NCBI GenBank assembly: GCA_036785375.1
Contig: JAWMAR010000142.1
Location: 2,666,001 to 2,730,000 of the forward strand
Length of the DNA stretch: 64,000 nucleotides
Origin: Leucoraja ocellata
Taxonomy: Eukaryota
Direction of reading: 5' to 3'
In this document: positions 1 through 13,334 of the stretch, piece by piece
How positions within the stretch are numbered: position 1 is the stretch's first letter
Layout: every line of letters begins with the position of its first letter
The notes under the pieces: generated by a model
Told to the model about the DNA's origin: nothing
Seen by the model: only the letters and a program-made list of their open reading frames with translations
Databases searched by the model: none
Made by a program: the position numbers and the translations under genes

Positions 1-885
1 AGTTACCAAGAAGTACTGAAAAGAGCAACCACAGTTCTGGAAAAAGGTCTTGTGGACAGATGAGACGAAGATTAACTTATATCAGAGTGATGGCAAGAGC
101 AAAGTATGTGGGAGAGAAGGAATTGCCCAAGATCCAAAGCATACATCTCATCTGTGAAACACGTTGGTGGGGGTGTTATGGCCTGGGCATGTATGGCGGC
201 TGAAGGTACTGGTTCACTTATCTTGATTGATGATACAACTGCTGATGGTAGTAGCATGATGAATTCTGAAATGTAGCGACACATCCATCTGCTCAAGTTC
301 AAACAAATGCCTCAAAACTCATTGGCCGGTGGTTCATTCTACAGCAAGACAATGATCCCAAACATACTGCTAAAGCAACAAAGGAGTTTTTCAAAGCTAA
401 GAAATGGTCAATTCTTGAGTGGTCAATCACCCAATCTGATACCAATTGAGCATGCATTTTATATGCTGAAGAGAAAACTGAAGGGGACTAGCCCCCAAAA
501 CAAGCAAGCATAAGCTAAAGATGGCTGCAATACAGGCCTGGCAGAGCATCACCAGAGAGGACACCCAGCAACTGGTGATGTCCATGAATCCAGACTTGAA
601 GCAGTCATTGCATGCAAAGGATATGCAACAAAATACTAAACATGACTGCTTTCATTTACATGACATTGTTGTGTCCCAAACATTATGGTGCCCTGAAATG
701 GGGGGACTATGTATAAACACTGCTGTAATTTCTACATGGTGAAACCAAAATGTATAAAAATACCCTTTATTAACATCTGACAATGTGCACTTTAACCACA
801 TGTGATTTTTTTCTATTACAAATCTCAAAACAGAGACAAATAATTAAATGATGGGCCTTTGTCCCAAACATTATGGAGGGCACTG
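1..885 (+). mobile_element. Tc1/mariner transposon, right portion with frameshifted transposase pseudogene and IR/DR-type right TIR
   Basis: Motifs across frames: VLWTDETKINL (~48-78), QQDNDPKH (~342-366), QSPNLIPIEH (~424-453). Ends ...ATTATGGAGGGCACTG followed by TA (886-887). Direct repeat TGTCCCAAACATTATGG at ~672 and ~860. Confidence 0.93.
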
Positions 886-1343
886 TACATATGACAATAA
901 TGTATAATTGAATCATTACCCACCCCCCTCCTCTCCATCTCTCCCTTCATCCCAAAGATATACTGGTTGGGCAAGTGGGTGCTTAGTGGCAGGAGAGTCG
1001 GGGCCTTGGGGGCAGTGCTGCGTCAGTGCCCCAGGTATCCGGGATCAGTTCTGACTTTGGATGGTGACTATATCTCTATATCTAGTTTACATGTTGGTTT
1101 TCCCTGGATTCTCCAATTACGAGGCCCAGGTCGGAGAGGAGAGATGATCAGGCTAGGGATGTGGGGCCGGGAACAAAGAGGTACTGGGTGAGGTGGGGTG
1201 GGGGGGGGGAGAGGGGGGTACGAGAACGAAGAGGGACCAACATGACTCTAATGAATACTTTTGTCAGTGCCAGAATCGGTGCTAATCTTTATGTGCTTTT
1301 TGTATTTGTATGCAAAATTAAAGAATTTCACTGTACCTAGGTA

Positions 1344-1512
1344 CAATGCCCTCCATAATGTTTGGGACAAAGGCCCATCATTTATTTATGTGCTTCTGTA
1401 CTCCACAATTTGAGATTTGTAATAGAAAAAAAAATCACATGTGGTTAAAGTGCACATTGTCAGATGTTATTACCATGTAGAAATTACAGCTGTGTTTATA
1501 CATAATTCCCCC
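1344..1512. mobile_element. Isolated Tc1 TIR fragment (same family)
   Basis: TA|CAATGCCCTCCATAATGTTTGGGACAAAGGCCCATC is the reverse complement of the TIR ending at 885, with one mismatch. Confidence 0.9.
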
Positions 1513-2138
1513 AGTTGATAAGCTCACGAGAGACAATAGTTGAGGAATGAATCGATGGGATTACTCTGAAAACTGACATGCTGTAGACTCAATTAACCCA
1601 ATCGTTCCCTTCAAATGATACAAGACAATGTGAGAACATTTCATTCAGTGATGGACAGGCTCCATAAACTAAAGAGCCCCCTTTAATTCCATCTCCTGCT
1701 CAGTTGGATGAGACCCAAACGTGTGCTGGGTTATTTAAAGAAGGCGTGCGTATGCCATGATGCAAGCATTTCACATTTATGCATAATGTGTCAAATTGTC
1801 TTCACCGCCCTCAAGCTCTCCCCAAGGCATTTTTATTCTGTTCCTAGCAACCCGCCTCCATAATTGCGAGGGTAGATCCCTTTGCATTAAACAAAATCTC
1901 CTTCAAATTCTGTGCGGATGTTATCAGTAACGCTGCAGTTACAACATTAACTTTATGGCAGCCTTTTTTAAATGAAGCACAGTATAATAAAAATTGATGA
2001 CGAGCTCAGAACGCTCTGTGTTCTGTGGAGATTGACACTGGTCCAATCAATTCACTGACACTGCATCCCGCGGACACTGGAAAGGTGAATTAAAACGGAA
2101 AATGTTGGCAATGCCCAGCAGGTCAGGAAGAACCTGTA

Positions 2139-2516
2139 GACAAGATACAAGATACAAGATACATTTAATTGTCATTTGGACCCCTTGAGGTCCAAACGAA
2201 ATGCCGTTTCTGCAGCCATACATTACAGACACATAGACCCAAGACACAACATAATTTACATAAACATCCATCACATCGCTGTGATGGAAGGCCAAATAAA
2301 CTTATCTCTCCACTGAACTCTCCCCCCCCCCCCGATGTCAGAGTCAAAGTCAAAGCCCCCGGCTGGCGATGGCGATTGTCCCGCGGCCATTAAAGCCACG
2401 CCGGGTGGTGCGAGGTCGCACACCGGGTTCTTGATGTTAGAGCCCCCGGCGTGTGCTCGCAGAGTCCCGCGGCCATTCCAAGCCGCGCGGGGCGGTGATG
2501 TAGGCCCCGCTCCAGG
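2139..2516 (-). mobile_element. Non-autonomous GC-rich retroposon fragment with short tandem-repeat tail, inserted in a degraded PLE terminal repeat
   Basis: (ACAAGAT)n tail at 2140-2161 next to TTTAATTGTCA; AGACAAG recurs at both ends; contains the shared hairpin at 2262-2292. Confidence 0.6.
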
Positions 2517-3126
2517 AGACAAGGAACAGACAAGTAACAGACAAGGAAACAGAGCAAACATTTCAGGTCGATGACCTTTCATGAGAAAGGGCAAAAAATG
2601 TTAATGGTGCAGAGAAGGTGCAGGATCGAACTGAGGGGCAGTTCGGTAAGAGAGTAGAAAATGGATTTAAATGACTAAAGGCATAAGGAGACTGTGGTTG
2701 AACAAGTGAAGAGTCAACAGATAAGGTTTCGTAATGGTAATAAAAAAATAGCAGAATTACCCTTTGAAAACGCTCATTATTGAATCCAGAAGTCTGCTGT
2801 ATATCGAATTGATATTGAATTATATTGAAATGATAAAATAAAGTGCTGTTCTTGAAGATTAGTTGGAGTTCTTTTGGAACAGTGGAATGGACCAAGGACA
2901 CAATGGTTTGAATGGGAATGGGATGGGATGGGATTGAATTTTTCCCCAAAAAGTAATTATAAAACTCTGCAGGTTTTTCTCAAAGAGAAGAAAAATATTC
3001 ATGAGACTCTGTGCAAACCCCCCCCCCCCAGATTTGGCAGAGAGCATAGTGGAACTGGGGCGGCGACTGATGTGTTAGTGAAGCACAAAAAGTGAAATTA
3101 AAGTGACACCATCGCAGACGATGGCT

Positions 3127-4102
3127 CAAATAGTGGGAGGAGCCATCTTGGGGAGCGGCTGCTAACCAGCAGCCGTCCGTTTTAGCTCACTTTTTGGGAG
3201 TTTTTTGTAAGTCCTGTCCTTTGTCTGTTGGAGGATGAACTTTTTAATGTGGGGGGAAGGAGGTAATTATACTTCTAGGTCCCTACCTGGTCAGTGAGGC
3301 AGCTTTTTCTCCGGGCTGCCCCCTCGACCCATCCTCGTGGCCTACTAGCGGGCGTGGAGCGCCGTTTCCTGGCGGGGACCGCCCAACACCTCGGCTTCGG
3401 TGGCGGCACAGCGCTGGGGCGCCATCGCGGAGCGGGCGATGCCTTGCCTGGGTCGCCGCGCTGGATCGACGTGCTGGAGCTCTGGTGAGCTGTGACCGCC
3501 GTATTCAACACCTCCGGGCTGCGGGTCTGTGGAGCGGAGCGGGCGGCGCCGACTCTAACATCGGGAGCCTGGGTGCTACAAACCGGCGCGGCCTTGTCGG
3601 CTTCGGAAGCCACGGTCCCCAGCTAGGAAGCGGCCGTTCCAGGTGGCCCAGCCGCTGAGAGAACTCTCCCGACATCGGGGCAACTCCACCCGGTGAGAAC
3701 GGCCAGGAACATCGTAGTGGAGGGGGTGGCCTCAATAGGCCTGACTTTGGTGAACTGGGGATGGGGACTGGACATTGTGCCTTCCCCCACAGTGGTAACC
3801 ATTGTGGGGGGATGATTTTTTTGTCTGTAAGTAAACATGTTAGTCTGTGTCCAAGATGGCTGTCGGAAGGGAGAGAGGACGGTGGCGCGCTTTAGCTGCC
3901 GCTGCTCTCTCTTCACATTGTGTTTTAGATTTTTTTTTTTGTCTTTGGATTGAATTCTGTTTTTAATTTGTGTTTTTGTGATGTATTTATTATTTATTTT
4001 ATTCTGATTATATGTTTTATTATTCTTGTTAATCTCTGTAAGGTGTCCTTGGGAGTTTTGAAAGGCGCCCAAAAATAAAATTTATTATTGTTATTATTAT
4101 TA
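3127..4102 (+). mobile_element. GC-rich unclassified non-autonomous retroposon with (TTA)n tail
   Basis: CpG-rich body homologous to 12306-13120 (e.g. CCATCGCGGAGCGGGCGATGCCTT, GTCCCTACCTGG); ends AATAAA then TTATTATT repeats. Confidence 0.65.
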
Positions 4103-5473
4103 TAGAAACTAAAAGCTCAATGTTCAACTTTTGGTATTGTTCAGGCAAATATGAGGGCGCACAACTGTACTGAGTCATGGAGCAACATAGGATTAGAGGA
4201 ACATCATTATGTTGCAGCTGAAATTAGTGCAACTATACAATCAGGAAACATTACATACAGAAAAACTACCTTGGGTTCTTGGATATGACAGGCACACTCA
4301 AATCTTGACCGGACTAACGTTCAATGTTCTAGGAGTGGGGCAATGGAGCAGGGAGAGGGAAGGGGATTCCTGGCCACCATTAATCAAATTCTGGTTCCTT
4401 TCAACAAAAACTAGATTACTTTCTGTGTGAGTCACACATCTGCGATATTGGCCTAGCTTGTCTGTTGGGACTTTCCCCCTTATATCTCGACTGGGAATAG
4501 AAGATATGATCAGAGAGACCTCCCACACATGATCAAACTGACCGACCACACGTGTCCAGACTAACTTATTACTCACATTCACTGACATACAACACGTGCT
4601 CAGACTGACGTACCACGCATCCTCAGACTCACCAGCCGAGCATGCCTTCCTGCTCTGGATTTTGCATTTTATTTCTGCATTCTGCATTTGGTTCTGCATT
4701 CTCTTGTCTATCTTCTCGCTCTCCAACTGCTCACATTCACTCATTGAATAGAGAAGTTTGCTTGCAGCTTATCCCTCTGGTCGCCTCAGGTTCAACCTTA
4801 TCTGCGACATGCACCAATACCTCCCCCCCACCCTCATTCTCCCCTCCCCCTCCCCCCCCCACTTGTCCCCCACCCATTCCCTACAGTGAACGGGCTTCTT
4901 GTGTGCCCTTCCCATTCTGATGAAGAGTCTTTGATCTGAAACATTATCTCCGTTTCCCTTCCCACAGACGTGGCGTGACCTGCTGAGCATTTCTGGCATT
5001 TTCTGTTTATATTTTAGCAGACTATCTTCCACTGTGTCAAAACCGGTTTTAGGCTCAACAGACCAGATCTCAAAATTCTGGAGAATCATAGACAATGGAA
5101 ACCTGATTGACGCCTTACAAAAGAAAGAAAAAGCTGATTGTATTCTGTAGACAAGTTATTTAAGCTGGGCATGTTAAAGAGAATTAGATAAACGGTGCCA
5201 GTCAACAAAGACCATTCAAAAGCCTTAAGCTAAAATATGACTGCACCTGTTCCCATTATTATTCTATGTCCTCTGGCTGTTTCTAGGTTACAAGATTCAG
5301 ATCAACTTTTTATAACTGCCAGAAGCCTGATGCGCATCTAAAGGTGTCCAATGCTTTGGCAAACATGTCAAGAAACTGGCTGCAAAGAAGTTTCTGGTTT
5401 GGTGGTTCTGAAACAATTGCCAGACATCTCTTTCTATCCCCACCCAGCATCCTGTGGGGAACTTTCCTTCCTC

Positions 5474-5895
5474 GACACTGGGCCTGTACTCGCTGGAGTT
5501 TACAAGGTTGATGGGGGACCTCATTGAAACTTACAGAATAATGAAAGACATAGATAGAGTGGATGTGGAAAGCATGTTTACACTGGCGGGGGAGTCTAGG
5601 ACCAGAGGTCAGAGCCTCAGAATTAAAGGGCACTCTTTTAGAAAGGACGTGAAGAGGAACGTCTTTAGTCAGACGGTAGGTAATTTGTGGAACTCATTGC
5701 CACAGAAGGCTGTGGAGGCCAAGTCGGTGGATATTTTTTAAGGCAGAGATAGACAAATTCGTGATTAGAGTGGGTGTCAAGGACTATGGGGAGAAGGCTG
5801 GCAAATGGGATGAGGAGGCAGAGAACAGCCATGATTGAATGGCGGAGTGGACTTGATGGGCCAAATGGCCTAATTCTACTCCTATAATGTGAACT
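5474..5895 (+). mobile_element. CR1/HER1-type LINE 3' fragment
   Basis: LGLYSLEFTRLMGDLIETYRIM...RTRGQSLRI...NLWNSLPQKAVEA, the typical CR1 ORF2 C-terminus, plus 3' UTR. Confidence 0.9.
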
Positions 5896-6559
5896 CTAGG
5901 CCACTTTCCAACCCCATCACTTTTTTTATAGTGTTCTTCCACGCAAATGTAGGTGATTTAACAGTTTTCAAGTTGTTCTCCTCCCTTTTAACATCCAGGG
6001 TCCAAAATACCTAAGTTACAAGTCGAACAACACAGCCTCAGGTTCTTTGGACCAGCATAACCATGCCAACTTTCTGCTCATCTACAATAAGCTCATCTGC
6101 CCGCATTAGGATCGTATCCTTCTAGTAGTGATTGCATCTGATCTCATCATTCTCTCTGGCAGGACGTTCTAGACATCAACCATTTGTGTAAAAATGTACT
6201 CCTCACATTCCTTTAAAAATCCTTCCTCTTGCCTTAGTGCTATGTCCTCTTGCTTTCGATACCACTACAACGTGAAAGGATTCTGACCACCGACTCTCAT
6301 TGAACTCAATTCATTTTTAACTTTTCCCAATTGTAAGCAATGAGCACGAACCTACAAACTGCTGCTTGACATACTCAATATTTACAGCATTTTCCATTTT
6401 TATTTAGATGACAAGATAATTGTGCATGTTCCTCTCCATGTGCTTTCACCTGCATTAATTCTTCAATTAATTTGACCTGTTAACTCATGTATTCCAGCAG
6501 AGTGTCTGAACCAATGCAACTGTGCCGAATGCTTTATTTCTCCTTACAATGAAAATGTC

Positions 6560-7620
6560 TTGGAACCACTTCAATTTGCCGATCGCCACAACAGGAGATG
6601 CTGTCTCACTTATTCTCCACCCTGCTCTGGACCATCTGGATAACTGGAATACATACATCAGGTTGCTGTGTCAACTACAGGTTGGCGTGTGACACAATCA
6701 ACTCCCCCAAACTCATTACCAAGCTCCAGGATCTGGGCCTCTATACCTCCCATTGCAACTTGCTTCTTGGCATCTCCACCACCAGATACCAATCAATGCA
6801 CATAGGTAACAACATCTCCTTCCTAAAGACCATCAACACAGGTGCATCACAAGACTGCATGCTGAGTCCCCTGCTCTACTTTCTTTACATCCAGCACCAT
6901 TTGGTTAAGTACAGCTCCAATGCCATTGGTAAGATCACCACGGTTGTTGGCCAAAACACGGCTGGTGATGAGTCAGTGCGTACAGGGGAGAGATAGAACA
7001 CCTGGTTGAATGATGCAGCAACAACAGCCTCTCATTCAACGTCAACAAAACCAAAGGTCCAATCGTTGATTTGAAAGGGGAAATTGCGAGCCAGTGCCAG
7101 TTTTCATTGGTGTGGCTACAGTGCAGAGCTAACAGCTTCACATTCCTGGGAGTTAACATCTTACGTTACATCATCAGGCAACATCTCTGGAGAACATGGA
7201 TAGGTGACGATTTGGGTTGTGACCCTTCTTCAGACTCGCAGTGTAGCAGTATCTTGTAGATGCTGGTTTATTAAAAAAGACATAAAGTACTGGAGTATCT
7301 CAGCCAGTCAAGCAGTGGCTCTGAAGAGCACAGTTAGGTGACGTTTTGGGTTAGGATCCTTGGTTGCATTATTGTCTGGTACAGCGATTCAAATGAAAGG
7401 AACACAAGAGGTTGCAGAGAGTGGTGGACTCAGCCTGATACATCTCGGGTACACCCCTCCTCTCTATCAAAAGCATCAACATGCGGTGCTGCCTCAAGAA
7501 GGTGCCCTCTCTCACAAGATCCCCACCATCTAGCTCATGCCCTCCTTGCTACTACTGTAGAGCAGGAGGTGCAGAAACCTGAATTCTCACTTGACCTGGT
7601 TTAGGAACAACTACTTTCCT
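6560..7620 (+). mobile_element. Degraded Rex1/Babar LINE RT fragment, interrupted by PLE-terminal fragments
   Basis: KLITKLQDLGL...INTGASQDCMLSPLLY resembles Rex1 RT; many stops and frameshifts. Confidence 0.7.
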
Positions 7621-7734
7621 CCAATCACTTTTTGCGTATGACAATAGACTCAACTTCACTTGATGCTGTAATTGTCCTTACATTTACCAATGGATGGATG
7701 TTAGAACGTTCTCCTCTCCACAACAAACAGATTA

Positions 7735-8045
7735 AAGAAATACCAAAGATAGACACAAAATGCTGAAGTAACCCAGCAGGACAGACAGCATCTCTGGAGA
7801 GAAGGAATGGGTGATGTTTCGGGTCAAGACCCTTCTTCATCTCTAGACTTTGTCCACCCTTCTGCCAATTAAAGCCCCCTCACCTGTATCCACCTATCAC
7901 TTGCTAAACTTTCTCCCGCCCCAACCTGTTTCCCCTCTACTACAATCAATCTGAAACTTCACCTATCCATTTCCACCTGATCCGCTGTGTTACTCAAGAG
8001 CTTTGTGTTTTAGGCAAGGTGCTAGCATCTGTGGTTCTTTTATCT
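7735..8045. mobile_element. Degraded inverted pair of PLE terminal-repeat fragments
   Basis: GACACAAAATGCTG...GTTTCGGGTCAAGACCCTTCTTCA left arm and CCGCTGTGTTACTC...GCATCTG right arm, matching the family at 18209-18437. Confidence 0.6.
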
Positions 8046-10834
8046 TTTAAGATATACATTACGTTGTAGCTTATCAAAATACAACTGAACTGCAGCAGCA
8101 AGTTTATTTATCCCTATAGTTCAGTCATTCGATTTCATAATGATTTTATTTTCCGATCCTCTGTTCCCCTGGCCTCTGTCCAAGGAGCTCTTGAGATCAT
8201 CTTCAATAAAGGGCAAGGCAGTATATATTCCCCACATCAATGTGCAATGCCCAATACATTCCGTTACTTTGGAGGCTATTTAAATGTTATGCCATGGCCT
8301 ACTACAAATATGGATGCAGCAACATTTATCTGCCAATGTGCTCTATTTCCCCTTATAGCAATGCAAAGGACGGACATCAGGCAGATCAGATGTCTCACAT
8401 ATCATACTGTGGGCAGTCTGGATTTGGGAGGGATTATTTTTGCCACACACAGCCAGCAGAGGAGGGACTAGTGAATCACTGAGAAATTCTTTGCAAGAAT
8501 TGCTGTAGAAGGCATTGGAAATACTCCAGAGATTTGCAGAGAGAGCAGCTTTTGTGACAAGTCATCAACTCTGAAAGCATCTATCCCAATATGTGCCTCA
8601 GCTGATAGATGCACTGACGTTGATGTGCCCAACTGTTTAAGTTCACAGAATGCCAATTATGATCTGTGCTGAGTTATGTGATCCTATTTACATTCACAGT
8701 GAACATATTTATTGTCTTCAGCTTCCTTATTCCTGATTCCCATGCAAGTGCTTGGGCATGAAATGAATGCAAGGTCATGCTCTTCCTGAACAATCTTCAT
8801 GATCTCATTGTCCCCATTGTCCAAGTTCACCCTTCAAGAGCGAGGACTTGGGCAGCGTACAGGGTACCGGAGAGACACCACCACCAATGAACTTGGAACT
8901 GGAGGAGGAGGGGAGGGATACAAGGGATAAATTTCACACTATAAATAAACTTGGTCTAGCCTTCCTTGCTACAGAGCATGCAGATATTGTTGTAATGGAA
9001 ACATCAAAATACAACATTGCTTGGTAACTGGCATGCAACCACTCTAATCAGCACAGAGTGTTTATATTTCAATAAAAATTCTTCCATCACATTGATCTGA
9101 AAGGATGCTGTAACTCAATCACCAAACCAGGCTGACGGCCATCACAGTATTGTTCTCCTCATTGCCAAATAAACATGACGTCAAACCATCAATTTGCCCC
9201 GTGGCACACTGAAAGATCATATTGCAAAGTTTTAAAAATGCCAGTGTGGCAAGCAAACTTTGTGATTTGAAATGTGTCAGAGACTATTTATGTGTAATTT
9301 ACGGAGTGACCAAAAGGTATATGGATTTTTTATTCACCTCTCTGTGAATAATTCTGAGAAAGAACATGAAAACAGCAGAGAAGGGATGAACTTACAGTAA
9401 ATAAGGAAATCCTGAAAGATCAATACAGTCTATTCAAACAAGGAAGGGAGGACTGGCTGGTCCTAAATATAGATATAGCACATAAACAGGAATTATTTTT
9501 CTCCCAATTATTTATGGAGATGCATAACAAAGGAAGTCACAGGCTAAGAGTTTGTTTTGCTTTGTTTTGATTGTGCTACCTAGTTTCCTCCAACCTAGTT
9601 TCCTCCATCAATAAAAAAGATAGTTTCATTTCTCCTCTGTGAATACCATAATACTTTGGATAAATACTAGTCATGAAGGAGTCATTGCAGCTACTGTAAA
9701 ACTTATTATTTTATATCCCTGACTTCTGGCTTGCAGAGTAAAAATGAACAATGTCCAGTTTAGTTATTTCAGGAATTATTTATTTGCAGGCTGGAGAGCT
9801 TGTTGATAATTCCAAATTAAAGATATAGCAGGCTTGAAGATGAAAAGAACTGCCAGTTAATATAAAATCCATGACAGAGAATTGAAAGGGAATTAGAACT
9901 GAAAGAAAGAGATTTAATTTCTGAAGAGAAGGCTGACTTGATCATGGAATGCACTTCTGGAGTTGGTTTAAATAAATGACATCAACATTTAGGTCGAGGT
10001 TAGAGACTTGGGAAAATAATTGGGCTCGGGGAAATGGTATGCACATGGAATTTGGATTCTTGCCCACATGGTGGATAAACAGTAAAATGAATTATTTGGA
10101 CTGAGTGACAAATGTTGCAATTTCGATGCTCCTGTGCAGATACGGAACATTGAAGAGTAACATAAAATTGTTTGCCTTGAAATAAAGAACAATTATTCCA
10201 CAGAATAGAAGTGATTAGAGATTAGGAAACCCAACTACAAAGATTGTTAATAGAATGTACCTTACAAAACAAAATGTGAATTAATGTTCAGAGGATTTAA
10301 GCATAAATTGATGAACACAAGTTGCAAGACATTTACTAGATAAAACTACATCTAGAAAAATATAAAAACAATCTGGGCACATATTTACAGGAGAACCATT
10401 AGAAACGGTTAGGGACATTTTTTCTTTATCTATTACTTGTCGTTGATCATGCAATATAGCAAATCATTAATATTGGATTCAGGAAGTAGTACTTAGAATC
10501 AATCCTGTGGAAATAAAAAATAAAGCTGTCATTTACAATGTCATCACAGTTTGTCTCTTATGGGTTGTTGGCCTTTTTTTCTCACCTCCACCCATGTATC
10601 ATTGTTCAACAGGTCAAAGAGCAGTGAGGAAATAACACTGTTCATAATTGCTGATCTGAACTGCAAAGGCAAATCCATGAAGCTCATTGATCAGTTATCT
10701 GGCCATTTCCTGCCTCCTCCTGGTACGACAACATTGAGGTGATTAGTGCACAACGACACCGGTGGAGCAGGTCAAATACTCACGGTGAAGCCAGCAAAAA
10801 ACCATCCCCAATCAGCCCAGTCTGTAAAAATAAG

Positions 10835-10949
10835 CATTTAAGACGGAACTGCGGATGCTGGAAAATCGAAGGTACACAAAAATGCTGGAGAAACTCAGCG
10901 GGTGCAGCAGCTGCACCCGCTGAGTTTCTCCAGCATTTTTGTGTACCTT
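10835..10949. mobile_element. PLE-derived insertion containing a perfect 40-bp-arm palindrome, 12-bp TSD
   Basis: 10869-10908 is the exact reverse complement of 10910-10949; TGTAAAAATAAG at 10823-10834 and 10950-10961. Confidence 0.85.
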
Positions 10950-11744
10950 TGTAAAAATAAGTCCTTGCTTTACATCTCTATATCTCCTCTGGACAGAGTG
11001 GAATTCCACAAGAAATTTGCACCAAACACATTTCTGAAGTAACATGTTGACCATTAACGTTGAACGGTATTTTATTCCAAACAAAACACTGCTGTTAACT
11101 TTTCAGTTTGCAAACCGATACGCGTTTTCCAAGACAAACATCGCTCAGTCATTGCCAGCCGCCAACTAGCAACTCTGCAATGTATTTTGTTGTTCAAAAT
11201 CCTGAATTCTTCTCATGGCATCGCTGAAATCATCAAAAGCTTAATTCCTCACAACCTAGCTTCCTTCCTATTTTAGAATCCTACCTTGCTTTATCCATCT
11301 CTGCCCAAAGACAGCATACTCACTCACAATTCACTCACTCGGGCAAATCCTGCACTATTACCCTGCATCATTCATTGCCCCACTACACAGCACAGATGAA
11401 TATGGTGGGGAATCTTTATCAGCGCAACAAATATGTCGTTGGAGTGTGTGTCTCTCATTTTCAGTATGAAATGCAAATGTCAGTAGGGAGCAACAACTTA
11501 TTTTTCCGCTCAGGATTCAGGCCAAAATCCTGGACTAATCCATCCCTGTGGGATAACACTCAACACAGGAAAAACTTAGCGTCATCTCTGCAGGGTGGAT
11601 GTGCAATAAAAGAGGCTTTGGCGCTTCATCTACATTGAGAACTAATGTGAAGTTCAAATATAACAGCTTTGGTGGGGTGCTTTGGTGTGGAAGGCAGGTC
11701 TCATTATGTTGGGGTGATCCTTTTTGGACTTGACTTCAGCTGAC

Positions 11745-12135
11745 TGTAATGCAGTGACTATTGGAGTGTTGGAAGTGTCGTCTTTTAGATGAGGTGTTAA
11801 ACTAAGGACAAAGACATTCTCTGGATGGATATGAAATGTCACTGCACTATTTTGAAGAAAACCAAGGGAGTTCTCCCCTCTGTTGAAATCAGATTTCTGG
11901 TCATTCGAACATTGGTGGTGATGGAATCTTACTGCTCACAAACTGTCCCAAAGGGAAACAGTGAAGGGTCCCAACCTAAAACGTTGCTTATCCACATTTT
12001 CCTGTGATGCTGCTTGAGCCACTGCTCCAGCACTCTGGCTTTTCTTTTCTAAACCAGCATCTGCAGTTCCATGTTTCTACATTTGGCTGTTCGGTTTCCT
12101 GTATTACAACAGCGACTCCATTTCAAAAGTAATCC
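11745..12135 (+). mobile_element. Ancient DeuSINE (SacSINE1/AmnSINE1-like), interrupted by a PLE terminal fragment (~11942-12081)
   Basis: Deu-domain-like GTGTCGTCTTTTAGATGAGGTGTTAAAC...GCACTATTTTGAAGAA...GGGAGTTCTCCCC, continuing as TTGGCTG...TTTCCTGTATTACAACAGCGACT...TCAAAAGTA. Matched from memory of the consensus. Confidence 0.75.
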
Positions 12136-12305
12136 AAATCCATGCATCGCTCAAATTGTCCAGTTCAGTTGAAAGGTCAGAAAACTAAAAATATTAACTC
12201 CATTTATTCCCCTCACAAATGCTGCCAAATCTGCTGAGTATTTCTAGTGTTTTCTCTTTACATTTTTTTGATTTCTAGTATCTCTTACACTTCAGTTCCG
12301 TTTAC

Positions 12306-13120
12306 TGGTGGCGCCATAGAGTGTGGCAGCCTCGCCTGCAGCTGTTCATTCTTCACCTTTTTTTTATTTTTAGTTTGTTAAAAAGTTTTGTTCTGGAGGC
12401 CTTTTAGTCTTTTTATGTGGAGGATGGGGTGAGGGGGGGAACTGTTTTCTCCAGTCCCTACCTGGGTGAGGATGCGTCCTTCCTCCGAGCTGCATCTTCG
12501 TCCCCTCCTCGCGATCTACCACCTGGATAGGTGTGGCCTTTCCTGCCAGAGACTGGCCAGAGCTTCGAGCTGCAGCTTCACTGAGGTACCATCGCGGAGC
12601 GGGCGATGCCTTACCCGGGTCGCCGTGTTGGAGCTCCGAAGTGCTGGGACTGCCGACTTCAACATCGTGGCGTTGCAGTCTGTGGAGCTTCCAGCGCGGC
12701 GGAGCTGACTTTAAACACCACGGAGCCTGGGATCTTTCGCCGAGATCGCCAGTGTTGGAGCTCCGACCAGCACGGCCTGTGGACTTTGGGAGCCGAGGTC
12801 TCCGGTAGCAAGCGGCCGTTTCGAAACTCTAAGCCGCTGAGAGTTCCATCATCCGGCGAGAGGGCCTGAAACATCGGGCCGCTGTAGCGGCGACTGCGGA
12901 GGCCTCAAATAGGCCCCGACCACGGGTGAACATGGAGGAAGTGGACTGAACTTTGCTGCCTTCCCTCACAGTGGGAAACGTTGATCCCGCTGTGGGGGGA
13001 TGTTTTTTATGTTTAATGTTAAATTCTATAATGTTGTGTTTATTTTATTGGTGTGCTGCAATGACAACTCAAATTTCATTACACCAATTGGTGTATGTGA
13101 CAATAAATGTCCTTTGTCCT
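12306..13120 (+). mobile_element. GC-rich unclassified non-autonomous retroposon with Rex1-like tail
   Basis: Homologous to 3127-4102 but ends GTGACAATAAATGTCCTTTGTCCT. Confidence 0.65.
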
Positions 13121-13306
13121 TTAGTTGATTGTGAGGTACAGTGAAAAGCTTTCGTGCTAACCAGTCAGCGGAAAGACAATAGATGAATACAATTGAGTCA
13201 TTTACAGTGCACAGATACATGATAAGGAAAGGTAAACCCAGTAAAGACCAATCTAACAAGGAACTGCAAATGCTGGAAAATCGAAGGTAGACAAAAGCTA
13301 GTTCTT

Positions 13307-13334
13307 CTGAAGAAGGGTCTTGACCCGAAACGTC
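13307..13334 (+). ncRNA. Minimal type I hammerhead ribozyme core in PLE terminal repeat
   Basis: CTGAAGA-A-GGGTC-TT-GACCC-GAAAC-GTC: complete CUGANGA/GAAA core, stem II and GUC cleavage triplet. Confidence 0.75.

Noticed and set aside
3275-3735. CpG-island or promoter-like GC-rich ORF clusters (also 12466-12874, 26052-26561, 49997-50530)
   Set aside because: They lie inside repeats with retroposon tails or TIRs; the ORFs are GC-content artefacts.
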